DNA of 61,490 nt, counting the filler, from Hausera hauseri (taxonomy: Eukaryota), in assembly GCA_046269625.1 (NCBI GenBank). It is 12 parts of 12 records of this genome, joined end to end, with 100 filler letters (N's around TTAATTAATTAA, not from the genome) between each part and the next. Parts side by side here need not be neighbours in the genome. Positions count along the whole stretch, not along the records: positions 1 to 4,135 come from JBJURY010740321.1; positions 4,236 to 8,947 come from JBJURY010465244.1; positions 9,048 to 14,267 come from JBJURY010304722.1; 9 more parts are not named here. The stretch is one strand, 5' to 3'. The translations under genes and the position numbers were made by a program. Positions within the stretch are counted from its first letter, which is position 1; each line of letters starts with the position of its first letter. The notes under the pieces are model-generated. The model did not search any database. It was not told where the DNA came from and saw only the letters and a program-made list of their open reading frames with translations. Below, piece after piece: positions 1-11,482 of this stretch.

Positions 1-39
1 TCTACGTATCGTCAGGTGCTGTGTACGGGTAGTGGCTCA

Positions 40-385
40 TGAAAGGGTCATATTTTGCTGTTAATGTCGCGGTTCACAAAGATGTTGGCAGTGGTGTAGG
101 GCGTCTTGTTCGTGTTTACAGACATGGAAGGGTGATATTTTCTGTAAAGGGCGTGTTTCTCAATGATGCAGGCGGTGGTTTCGGTTGGCTTCTTCGTGTT
201 AAGGGACATGTAAGTGGTGTATTTTCTGTTAAGGTCGAGGTTCTCAAGGATGCGGGCGGTGGTTTAAGTGGAATTCTTCGTGATTAGCGACATATAAGTG
301 GTGAATATTCTGTTAAGGTTGTGTTTTTTACGGCTGCGGGCGGTGGTTTAGGGCGGCTTCATTGTGTTTTGGGACAGGTGGAGGC
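40..385. repeat. Degenerate 84-bp tandem repeat, about 4 units
   Basis: GATGYNGGCRGTGGT-like motif starts at 81, 165, 249 and 333 (period 84). Confidence 0.85.
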
Positions 386-793
386 ATTCAATGGTCATAT
401 TTTTGTGGTCTTAGGCAGGCGGAAGAGCGCGGAACAGGATGCAGAGTCATGTGACAGCAGAAGGGCAACTCAGAGGGCAAAGTCAAGTGAAATCAAGATG
501 GCGAATTAATGGTCCACGTGTGCAAAGTCAAGCAGAAGAAGGCGGAACAGGAAGCAGGGTCATGTGAGCCAGAGGCGGCAAGTGGAATCAAGATGACCGC
601 TGACGTGTACTCGAGTAGATAGGATAGGAGAAAGTAGATAACGTGTAGTTGACCTAATTGTAACTACACACATTTTTTATTATATTCACATTTCATAAGA
701 ACATTACACACAACACATGGCATGTTTTTATTATAACTTTATTCAATAAAGCACGTTTAAAATAATTCATAGAAAGTATACAATATGTGTCAT

Positions 794-1602
794 TCAACTT
801 ATGGGAAAGCCATTCAAGTGGTAAATATAAAAACTGGATGATGGAATGGCTTCTACGCTGTACTTAGTATTTGGTCTATTATGTACGGCAAAACTAATCG
901 GAGAACTGTTTTCTAAATCCCTGACGACATCTACAAAGTCCTTTCTATTATTGATGAGTTTCAGTTTCTCTAGAACAGTTGCGTTGTTTGACGACGTGTG
1001 GTAAAATCTAAGTTCACCTGTCGCCCAGTGTCAGAGTATAAAGTGATGGCTGTAGTTGATCTTGAAGAGTCTTGTTTGGTTCTTGAAAATATTATCTAAA
1101 AGACCGCTCCAATCCAAACAGTGATCAGTATCTGGTCTGTGGAAATATGTATAAGTGGAAATGAATTTTCCAATGTTACTGTGCATTTTTATGGCTGTCC
1201 AGTTTTCTTTGTATAATTTGTAGACGTCTTCTGGTAAAGAAGTCAAAGTGTCAAATACATCTTGCTGCTGGTTAGAATCAGTCGTTGTTTTTCATCTAAT
1301 TTAGACTCTACGAAACTTGTAGGGCTTTGATCTAGTTTACATTTTTTACCTTCACTTGAGGTCGAAGATCTCGGTTTCTTCTCTTGTGAAGCAGAATCAT
1401 TCGAATAAGCTGGTCTCTTTAGGGTGTCGTCATGATCCCTCTTTACATGTACCTTCAAGTTGTTACGTCGAGTGAATGTTCTGCCGCACACATCACATGG
1501 ATGAAATATTTTCCCATGTACATTTTCCTTATGATGACGAACATCACCAACTCGGGTAAAACTTCTACCGCATTCATTACAACTGTGTTTATTCGAAGGC
1601 AT
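794..1602 (-). pseudogene. C2H2 zinc-finger protein of Polinton type, disrupted
   Basis: Two fingers (CNECGRSF...HKENVH, CDVCGRTF...HVKRDH), then FKINYSHHFILxHWATGELRFYHTSSNN...RPNTKY...FPIS*; frameshift near 1270 and stop at 1031. Confidence 0.85.
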
Positions 1603-1852
1603 CTGTGGAGTATAACAAGAACGATTAACACTAAACCATAAATTCTTTAACAAATATACATTTTTTTAATTCTTATTCTTAACATTTTTTGTTCTTAACA
1701 ACATTACATTTCACTAACCTTGAATGTTCAAATTGTTTGTAAATTGTTTCGTAAGTAACAGAGTTTTCAGACAAAGCTGAGTCGGTGTTTTGTACACGAC
1801 ACACCACGTTTCCCGACGTGACCGATGACCTTTGACCTGTTTGTCTCATGAC
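908..1852. repeat. Left arm of a ~0.95-kb inverted repeat (partner 3215-4135)
   Basis: Reverse complement aligns colinearly with 3215-4135, with scattered substitutions and indels. Confidence 0.92.
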
Positions 1853-1979
1853 CTTTGTCACGTTGCGTTGACCTGTTTATCTCGTCACTTTTGTCTGTGG
1901 CCCGTATCAGAAACCATGAGCAAAAGACTTGACCTTTGTCAGCAAGCATAAAACAATTGACCTATTTGGCTCGTGACCT

Positions 1980-3060
1980 TTACCACGAGGAAAAGACGTG
2001 ATTTGTTTGTCACTACTAAGTTTAACGACCAGTAATCGTTAACGACATCCAAAATTACTCTATACGAACACATGGCAGCACTAAGGGGCAAGCCGCTCGC
2101 AATATGCGGGCAACATGCCCGTTGTTAAAGGGCAACCCGTTCGTACTATAAGAACATGACATCCTTTGTTAAAGGGATACATTTTGCACTATACGTCCAA
2201 CACGCCCGTTGCTTACATATATGGACACTACGTTCCCACTATACGGACATGAAGTCCGTCGTTAAAGCGTTAGATTTTCCACTATGCGGACATGAATTAT
2301 GTTGTTAAAGGGAAACAAATATGTCTTTTACAGATATGAAGTCCGTTTGTTTACAGACACAAATCTACCTTACACAACAACACCACGTGATGATGATTAC
2401 TAATGAAACATTTCCTCTATACAAAATGTCACTACACCTTTACCTCGACACACGATAGTGTTGACTGACAGATCAACAAAACACAATAAAATTTCCACTT
2501 TCCAACCTTTCCCCAATACAACTACAAGTCCAATCTTACCAAGATACATGAACAACAAGACACAAAACAACCAACAACATGTCCCCAATCAGCGAACTTC
2601 CGCTAACTTTCCGACCAAAAGACGCATCTTAGTGTTGACTAACAGAACAAGCGACATTTCCCCAACACAACTACAAGTCCAACTTTACCAAGAAACATGA
2701 ACAAGATGACACAATACAACCAACATTTCACCAAACCCATCGAACTTCCATTAAGTTTCCGACCAAAAGACACCTGATAATGATGATGATTATTAACAGA
2801 GCAAGCGACATTTCCCCAACACCACATTTCCCTACCACTACAACATTACCAAGACACATGTCCTAAACACTAAATTTCTCCTATATAACTATCACTACAA
2901 CACTACAAGTCCGAGGTGTCCACCAAAGACACACGATGATGATGATGGTTTGAGACAAAACGATGAGTACCAACAGACAAAACGATGATGATGATGATAG
3001 AACAAAACAAGAAACATGCCCCCTATACAACTACAAGTCCAAGATTACCAAGATATATGA
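1980..3060. repeat. Two arrays of short degenerate direct repeats between the inverted arms
   Basis: ~40-bp unit GTYGTTAAAG...CACTATACGGACAT (about 2030-2350), then CAACTACAAGTCCAA...TTACCAAGAWACATGA units (about 2510-3060). Confidence 0.7.
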
Positions 3061-3214
3061 TAAAACAAATTGACTTCACCGACGCAGAAGAAGGAAAGGC
3101 CACAATGGGCCCAAATAACCACTTGACTAGCTTAATTAAGCCCCATAGCAAGTATTGACCCACTTTGGACAAGAAAAAACAACCAAGAACTCGCAAAATT
3201 ATGCACCTCTAATT

Positions 3215-4135
3215 GTCACGAGACAAACAGGTCAAAGGTCATCGGTCACGTCGGGAAACGTGTTGTGTCGTGTACAAAATGGCGACTCGGCTTTGTCTGA
3301 AAACGCTGTTAATTGCGAAACAATTTACAAACCTGCTGTACATCCAAGGTTAGCGAAATTTAATATTGTTAAGAACAAAAAATGTTAAAAATGAGAATGA
3401 AAAAAAATGTATATTTGTAAAAGAATTTAATTTTTAGTGTTAATGGTTCTTGTTATACTACGCAGATGGCTTCGAATGAATGCGGTAAAAGTTGTACCCG
3501 AATTGGTGATGTTCATCATCATAAAGAAAATTTACACGAGAAAATACTTCATCCATGTGATGTGTGCGGCAGAACATCCATTCGACGTGACAACTTGAAG
3601 TTACATGTAAAAAGGGATCATGTCGACACCCTAAAGAGACCAGCTCATTCGAATGATTCTGCTTCACAAGAGATCTGCGACCTCAAGTAAAGGTAAAAAA
3701 CGTAAACTAGATCAAAGCCCTACAAGTTTCGTCGAGTCTAAACGAGATGAAAAAACAACGACTGATTCTATCCAGCAACAAGATGAAGCTGACACTTTGA
3801 CTTCTTTACCAGAAGACGTCTACAAATTATACAAAGAAAACTGGACAGCCATAAAAACGTACAGTAACATTGGAAAATACATTTCCACTTACACATATTT
3901 CCACAGACCAGATACTGATCACTGTTTGGATTGGAGCGGTTTTTTAGATAATATTTTCAAGAATCAAACAAAACGCTTCAAGATCAACTACAGCCATCAC
4001 TTTATACTCAGACACTGGGCGACAGGTGAACTTAGATTTTACCACGCGTCGTCAAACAACTCAACTGTACTAGAGAAACCGAAACTCATCAACAATAGAA
4101 AAAACTTTGTAGATTTCGTCAGGGATTTAGAAAAC
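3215..4135. repeat. Right arm of the inverted repeat, cut by the contig end
   Basis: Mirror of 908-1852. Confidence 0.92.
3466..4135 (+). pseudogene. Second C2H2 zinc-finger gene copy, frameshifted and truncated
   Basis: ORFs 3466-3690 and 3653-4183 match the minus-strand copy; first finger lacks its first Cys through a small deletion. Confidence 0.85.
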
Positions 4136-4235
4136 NNNNNNNNNNNNNNNNNNNNNNNNNNNNNNNNNNNNNNNNNNNNTTAATTAATTAANNNNNNNNN
4201 NNNNNNNNNNNNNNNNNNNNNNNNNNNNNNNNNNN
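4136..4235. other. Artificial contig spacer (first of 11 identical 100-bp linkers)
   Basis: 44 N + TTAATTAATTAA (stops in all six frames) + 44 N, recurring at 8948, 14268, 18470, 22701, 28077, 32451, 39533, 45478, 52006 and 57232. Confidence 0.98.
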
Positions 4236-4471
4236 AAGAAGATGGTGCATGTGCCTCGCCCCACATACCCACGTTACTGTACTTGTAAAGTGCATGACGT
4301 TTTTGGTTGCCGTAGTGTAATGGAGCAGTACTGTCACCACAACGGTGCACGGTAAACCGAGTCTACGTTTGTCCCGGTTGTACTATAGTTGATGAATTCA
4401 AATATAAACAATTCTACAACATTCACAAATACCATTTGAACCAGTTTCAGCGGTCCAAAAAGGAAATATTA

Positions 4472-7400
4472 ATGGACGCAGCAAGAAGTAGCAGGAAACG
4501 TCAAGCATCAGCAAGCTTTGACGAATACTTTCAAAACAACTGAAGTCAGAAACAGCAGCAGCAGCAGAAACGTGAACCACCCATTACTGTCAAGTACGAC
4601 CTGAACAGATCGTACGTGGACACGAAGATGGACATGTTGGCGAAAACAGAAACGCAATTGAAGGATGTACCCGTTAATGTGCTTAACCGGTTGGAATCAA
4701 AGGTGGCCAAATTTCAACAATAACACCACTGCAAAGTGTAATATTATGCACTAGTACAATGGTACCTGTCACATCAAGCCGTACCATACTTTGAGGATTT
4801 TATTGCCCATGTAGGCGAAAAGCTTGACGAAAAAATTCCCAACTACACCAAAAAGGGCAGTGGTTGGCGAATTGTAAAGATTGTCACTCGCGGCTTTATT
4901 GTGATCAAGACGAGTGACATGATTTACCTGTCTGGACGTTCATTCATACCGACACCTGCATCCTTGAAGCAGTCTCTGGCAGTAGTGAATGTACAAAATA
5001 CTAAAGACGAATACTGCTTTATTTACAGTATTCTGGCCATATTGAAATATGATAAAGTGTCCAGACATCATGCAAATTGTCCAAAGCCGTAGAGTAAGTG
5101 TTTCACAGAATTGGACTGCGATGAGTGTTCGATGCTGATGAAACTCAAAACCATTGTGGCTTTTGAACGGCGTAATCCGACACTGGCAATCAACGTGTTC
5201 CGTTACAATACAATAGTAGAAATACCAGCAGACGAAGAGATATACAAAAACCCACACGTGGATATAATTTATCGCAGTCGGAACCCGAATGGACGCTCGA
5301 TAAATTTGCTGCCGTTGGAGCAAGAAGGTAAATTTCACTACGTGGCAGTAACCAATTTGACAGAGTGCTGAACGTGAATCACCACCAATTCACCAAAATG
5401 CGTATAAATTTTAAATGGTGCCCTACATGTCTTCATGATTTCAGGTCAAAAATGACATGGTAAAAATATGTGGCGCTGTGCAGACAAGATTCATCAGGGA
5501 CAACAATGTACGTCATGCCAGTAAAAAAGGAGCTTATATTCAGTGATTGGTCGAAAATAGACAGTCCAGCATATGTGGCATATGCCGATATTGAGGCAAT
5601 CATGCTGCGGCTAAACGTATACGACCAATAGTACATTCAAATCTCCGTCGGTGTGTTGGTTGTTCCAATAAAAGCCGCCAGACAACTGCAATATTACGTT
5701 TTTCATGGCTGGAACTGTATACACGATTTCCTACAACAATTGGAAACGATAGTGGAAACGCAAATTGCACTTTGGTACAGTAACAATAGCACTAAGCCTT
5801 GATATGGACAGACGATTATGAACCGCTGATTTTCGCTGCCATCAAAGAATGTTACCTCTGCCACATAATATTGCCTTTTGATGCACAAAAACGGCTCGTA
5901 CCGGACCATAATCATTTCACTGGTCGATGCTTGGGAGCTATTTAAGAAGGCGTGTGTGGCCATTCCTACTGGTGATCTTTCATAATTTCCGAGGTTATGA
6001 TTGTTACCATATACTAAAATGGGCCATTAACGGATTTCCGCACTGGGAACTGTCCATAATCCCAACAACAATGGATAAGTACCTGTCCCTGTAAGCACGC
6101 ATAAACCGGTTTTAGGTACGCTTCCTTGATTCATTGCAATTTCTCAATGAATCATTGGCGAAGCTGGTAAATGCCTTGCCGGATGTGCCGATAACGCTGA
6201 CGCAATTCCCTGCGCATACTGCACGCAGCAAAGGCATATTCCCACACGACTTTGCTGTGTCGTACGAGTGGCTTCAGACAACAGATGAATTACCCCCACA
6301 GTGGGCCGGAATCACAGAGGACGAGTACCACAGAACACAGGAAGCGTGGACAGAGCTCGGCTGCGGAACATGTTGGAGTACATGCTCCAGTACCTGAAAC
6401 TGGACGTGTACTTGTTAGCCGATGTATTTCAGACATTTCGTGCTAAGGCGTTGGTAGAAGATAGGCTGGAGCAGCTAAACGTTTACTCCATACTGGGGAT
6501 GAGTTTGGCATTGGCACTAATGTCGCTGTACAGGGAAATTGAGCTGTTGCAAGACTCGGAAATGTACCGACTATTTGATGCTGGTATTCGTGACGGCATG
6601 ACATTTTGTCAACAAGCATCATGTAACCAGTGATGACGATGATACGACGTCAATGTTGTACATCGATATTAATAACCTGTACGGCTGGGCGATTTCGCAA
6701 CCCTTGCTCTTTGGTTCATTTGAATGGATAATGGACAAACAGGAAATGGATACATTGTTGGACAGTATGTCAGCAGCTGCAGCAAATACGACAAAAAGCA
6801 GCTCAGTCTGCTACGTAATGGAAGTCGATCTTTTAGTACCCGATGAGCTGCATGACGCTGTGGACGAATTACCCGTGGCACCAATCAGTCAATGTCCGCC
6901 CGGCTCAAAAGTAAAGAAACTGCTCATGACACATAAACCCAAATTGAATTACATGGTTCATTGGCGTCTACTGCAATTTTACATGCAGCTCGGTGTACAC
7001 GTCACACAACTGCATCGCGCAATCCGCTTCAATCATGCGCCGATATTCAAGGCATACACTGACGGAAATTCGGAGAAACAAGCTGCAGCTTGTACAAAGT
7101 TCGAAAAGAACTATTACACGTTGAAAAATAATTCTTTCTACGGCAAAACTCTAAAGAACCTCAAAAAGTGACTCAATGTGCGCCTATGTAACAATAAAAA
7201 GCGCTGATTACGTACACCAACAAGGCTCAGTTCAGGCGGTCAATGCACATTACCGATTGATTGGTTGCGATACTGTTAAACCGGTAAGAAATCGTTCTGG
7301 ACCGGAAAAGTTACATCGAACAAGTGGTATTGGACCTGAGCAAGTTGCGAATGTACGAGCTCCAGTATCGCGACTTGGTACGTTACTGGCAAATGTTCGA

Positions 7401-7935
7401 CGGCTGTAAGATCAGTATTGTTGCCGGTGACACAGAGAGCTTTTCCTTGAGCTAAAAAACGTCAATCGCGACCAACTGCTCCGGCAAATGATGGCAGATA
7501 GACTACTGGACACGTCCAATTACCCGGAGAATCATCCGCTGTATAGCAACACCATCACGAACAAAATCGGCAGCTTAAAGGACGAAAGCAAAGGCCGTGT
7601 TCAGTTCCAAGAATGGATATTCCTGCGCCCAAAGTGCTTCAATCTCCTTACGAACTGTAGACCGAAAATGAGTGTAAAAGGCGTTCAGCTGCCCCAGACG
7701 GAAATAAAGCACGGTGATTATCGCCGTATCTATCAAGCAGCAGCAGTAGCAGAAGACGGTGGACAACAAGGAGGAAGAGGACAATCAATGGCTGTGTCAA
7801 ACGATCATACGATCGATTGAGCACCAGCTGTATACTATAATAAATACAAAAATCGCTTTGCCATGTAATGATGATAAGCGAAAGAGGGTGGAGTGAAATA
7901 AGAGTTTGGCATATAGGCATTGGCGTTTGAAATAA
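4472..7935 (+). pseudogene. polB: Protein-primed family B DNA polymerase (Polinton pPolB, EndoVII-containing type), heavily disrupted
   Basis: Ordered motifs: KGSGW, SFIPTP...VVNVQN..DEYCF, YADIE, CYLC...DHNHFTG, FHNFRGYD, FLDSLQFLNESL, KGIFP, YLKLDVYLLADVF, YIDINNLYG, KNNSFYGK, GDTES, LDTSNYP, KDE, LRPKCF, KGV, DDKR, AYRHWR*. Confidence 0.95.
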
Positions 7936-8222
7936 CACACGTAATTCCTTATGTGCTCCGACGATTCGAGGCAGACAGTTACAGTCATTTGTACATCGTG
8001 ACAATTACTGACATCTTGTGATTTTTATTGCTTATTGTTGTTGTCACAATAATGTATTTTTGTTCACCGACTTTTTTCGTTGTTTTATATAGTTATTTAA
8101 TTTTCTTCATATTAAATGATGACTAAGAAAACGTTAGTTATAATTAAATTTTGATAGTATTAAGAAGTCAATTTCACAATACAAATGCAAATAAGTTTAT
8201 TAAGCATCAATCACAAATCACA

Positions 8223-8663
8223 TCAAATCAAACTGAATTTTGCCAGTTTCCACATTGGGGATTTCACGAACATCATCTTGTAGCCTTTTATCTTCAGAGT
8301 TAAGTAGCCTTTAGCTCCTTCAGCTGGCAATACTGCTGGTGCTTCTCCATTTGAACGGACAATTTTCCGCATATTGGCCTTGAGAAAAAATAAGGTATTT
8401 CGGATATCTTTAAACAATTCCAAGTCATTGTCGAGTTTTTTCATTGTTTCCTCCATCGCGTACAAATCACTGCAATTGAATTTCTTGGCCAGCAGACCAT
8501 TCTTCACTTGTTTGAGTTTTATCGGTTGCGCCAACGTCAATTGAACAGGCGTTCGTAGAAAGATCAACTTGTACCAATTGTACAACCGGGCCAGTCTAAC
8601 CGAATATTCGTTGTATCTGGACTGACTCGCAGAACTCAAATTGTTTGCTTCATAAGAATTCAT
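8223..8663 (-). CDS. Intact 146-aa Polinton accessory protein, possibly an OB-fold ssDNA-binding protein
   Basis: Clean ATG-to-stop ORF, TATATAA about 60 bp upstream, AATAAA just downstream, degenerate paralog at 11483-11797; product call is inference. Confidence 0.6.
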   Translation of the reverse strand: MNSYEANNLSSASQSRYNEYSVRLARLYNWYKLIFLRTPVQLTLAQPIKLKQVKNGLLAKKFNCSDLYAMEETMKKLDNDLELFKDIRNTLFFLKANMRKIVRSNGEAPAVLPAEGAKGYLTLKIKGYKMMFVKSPMWKLAKFSLI

Positions 8664-9047
8664 TGTCGGAGAGAGATGTAGAGACAGAGCGAAATGAAAT
8701 TATACCTGTCTAACACGTTCTGTTTATATAACAAACGTGTCAACATTGAGTATTTACATAGAGTCATTGTAATAAATTGCCCCAATAAACTCCACGAAGC
8801 TGTTGAATTACACATTACAAAGTCAATGTATTCATTTATTCATAATTACAGTACACACATAAATTGACAGTCTCGTACTTTGTCCATTATTTTCTCTTTC
8901 AAGTTCGTTAATTCACCGCGTACCTTTTCAACAGTATTAAAGTAATTNNNNNNNNNNNNNNNNNNNNNNNNNNNNNNNNNNNNNNNNNNNNTTAATTAAT
9001 TAANNNNNNNNNNNNNNNNNNNNNNNNNNNNNNNNNNNNNNNNNNNN

Positions 9048-9162
9048 ACTGTTTCCCGAGCCAACGTTGGGTCTGTTGTCGAGTCTGTTTGACAGTCTTT
9101 GCCAGTTTGTCGACGCCAGTATACCCGACAGGATGACGTGGATCGAATAACACGTCGCCCAT
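9048..9162 (-). CDS. Polinton retroviral-like integrase, N-terminus only (runs into spacer)
   Basis: MGDVLFDPRHPVGYTGVDKLAK...QRWLGKQ fits the YxDPxxPxxFxGxxKL...WLxxQ start of Polinton integrases; position after ATPase is the expected order. Confidence 0.75.
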
Positions 9163-9305
9163 CGTTGTCGTCGATGGTGTCGGTTTTGCTTGCATTACAA
9201 CAATTAGAACGAAACATAGATGAAAGATTCGGTAAACTGGGATAGAAAAATGAAAACCATGCACCCATATCGCAAATCATCATATATGTACCGTCATTGT
9301 TTATA

Positions 9306-9625
9306 CTATGATGCTGTTGCAAAACCAATGAGTCCACCCAGTAATAACGTGACAATCGGTAGAATTGCACAAAGGAATCCGCCGTCTTGCTGGTATATGA
9401 CCTCTCGTTTCAGTCGTTGACTACGGACGTTGGCAAGGCCAATGAGTCGTTTTCAATACTTTAGTAAATTTTGTTTTCCACTACCAATGTCAACGTGACT
9501 GACAACGATATTGTATAAAATTTCAATCAAATCGTCTAATACAAATTGCGGGAATGATCGCAGCATGTTTCGTTTATGTCTCGTAGGTGCCTTGAGCAAA
9601 GCAATAAAGTACGTCTGACTACATT
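9306..9625 (-). pseudogene. Small Polinton virion/core protein with GG-FL motif and hydrophobic C-terminus
   Basis: Manual translation YFIALLKAP...LIEILYNIV...LLKY*KRLIGLA...QQDGGFLCAILPIVTLLLGGLIGFATAS*; one in-frame stop at 9453. Confidence 0.7.
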
Positions 9626-9879
9626 AAATTCACATGTTTTTTGTGGACTTGTTGATGCTGATGAGACGTAGTTGTTTATAATCGTTGCCACTGAGACGGT
9701 AGTTTGAGTCTAGTTGCTGCTGTTGTTGTTCGAAGCACAGAACTGATTAATCGCTTGACTGTAGCGGTTCGTTTTTATACACGTTTCTTGCCAAACATCC
9801 GCTTGGTAGGTTTACGTTTAATAATTGTTCTTCAAAAATTCTTCATTTTTATCATAATCAAGTCGATTTTCGAATTTGT

Positions 9880-10528
9880 TTATAGACACACACCTTTCTG
9901 ATTGAAAATGTCTGTTTGTACACGCATATCATTGGGACACTGTTGCGCAAAGTCAATGAACAAGTATCCGTGTGGCTCGATCGTAGCATCATGATATGCA
10001 TCTATCAAGTAGGCCCAGTTGTGAGGAAATGCCTGTCGCGCAACATAATCTATCGCGGTCTGATCAGGGAGGTTTTTGAACAACATCAAATAGTGTACGT
10101 TGAGATTTCGTGTTTGGTGCTGGCCGCCCTGATGGAACATCTTTTGCGTAATGAAAATTACAGTTACACCACGGTGCCGTGCAATCTTCGAGAACAGGTT
10201 GTTGAAGTCCGATTGTTTTGTTGCTTCTTAAAATAAATCGTCAATGACAATAATGCACCGTTGCGTAATCGTCCAAACCAGTTCACATCAAAGCCATCTA
10301 TTACCGTTACGGATTTTAATTTACAGAATTCCCGTCGTGTCAGACCGGAATCTCTATCATCACCACTGCTCTGATGTCAGTAAATGTGATTGAACAGCGG
10401 AAATTGGAATATGTCACGGTAGTTCTGCAGCAATTTGCAAACAAAGTGCCTTTTGCCACTTCCACTGCGGCCTACAATATGGAAAATGGCATTATTCTGC
10501 CGCTTCGCGTTGTTAATGCATTTCTCAT
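9880..10528 (-). pseudogene. A32/FtsK-like genome-packaging ATPase
   Basis: Walker A IVGRSGSGK (about 10450-10478), Walker B IIVIDD, then ARHRGVTVIFITQ, LNVHYLMLFKN, AYHDAT..PHGYLFID; frameshifted. Confidence 0.92.
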
Positions 10529-10562
10529 ACATTTTGTTTATAATCACATAAATAGGCGCAGC

Positions 10563-11060
10563 ATGAACACTGTTTCAATCAATCAATCATTATAGCGAAT
10601 ATCAACTACCTCGGACATGTTACCGAGTGTATTAATGCACTGTCGTTTAATCAATGGAAGCCGAGTCAGTATGTCCACAAATGTCCACCGGATATTACAT
10701 GCATCATATTTCCATCGGGAAAGTATCGTATTATAGGTTGTCGCAAACCAATCACAAATGACAGACATCTACCATTTGGAATTGTCATTAACCAAATTCA
10801 ATCAATAACGTAACGACTCAGTAAGATTGCTCACCATCACCACCACTACCATCACGATCAATTAATCTGCACAAATTAGCAGTGGCTACCGAATGTATTT
10901 ATGAGCCCGAACGGTTTCCTGCACTGCGACTAACACTGTTCCCCCCGCTTTGTGTCAATGTGTTTAGCGGTGGAAAAATTGTCGTATTGTGGATTTGGTA
11001 AATCAACTATGAAACGTCTATTAACCAAATTAAACGCCATATAAGTGTTTTACCGAATCA
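10563..11060 (+). pseudogene. TATA-box binding protein (TBP)-like gene
   Basis: Manual translation across frameshifts: IANINY...ITCIIFPSGKYRIIG (repeat 1) and IQSIT...INLHKL...YEPERFPALRL...LCVNVFSGGKIVVL (repeat 2), matching TBP TALIFxSGK and YEPELFPGL...IFVSGKIVL. Confidence 0.8.
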
Positions 11061-11482
11061 AAGTAATATACTCTGGTCAATTGACTATAAATATCATTCT
11101 CATATTCATTCAGACATTACTACGATTTAAAATGACGATAAAACGATTCTGCGCAACAATAATACATCTGACAATGACGAAAGTACAGATTGGTAATGGC
11201 TGTTTTGTAACAAAAATGACAATATCAATTGTCTGGAACCGAAACCTGTCCAACAATTAGTAAAACCGGTATTAAAACGCAAGGGAAAATTATTGGTGGT
11301 AAATGCATATCAGACAAAGATAGAGAGGCAATACTCAGTGGTGATGGTTATGATGATGAAAGTTCCAATTTGTCACGAGAGCTTGGTGGCAACAATTCTA
11401 ATGTCAACTGTCTCGTACCGAAAATAGAACCTGCCCAACAATTAGAAAAACCCAAATTAAAACGACAAGCGTGAATGACTAA

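Noticed and set aside
1980-3060. CRISPR-like repeat-spacer array
   Set aside because: Units are degenerate and irregular, there are no cas genes, and the context is eukaryotic
4180-4191. TTAATTAATTAA palindrome recurring 11 times
   Set aside because: Always centred in 44+44 Ns; it is a concatenation linker, and ORFs ending in X...LIN are artefacts
4472-7935. Alternative genetic code or programmed frameshifting to explain broken genes
   Set aside because: All three stop types and indels occur at different positions in different copies, consistent with neutral decay or assembly error
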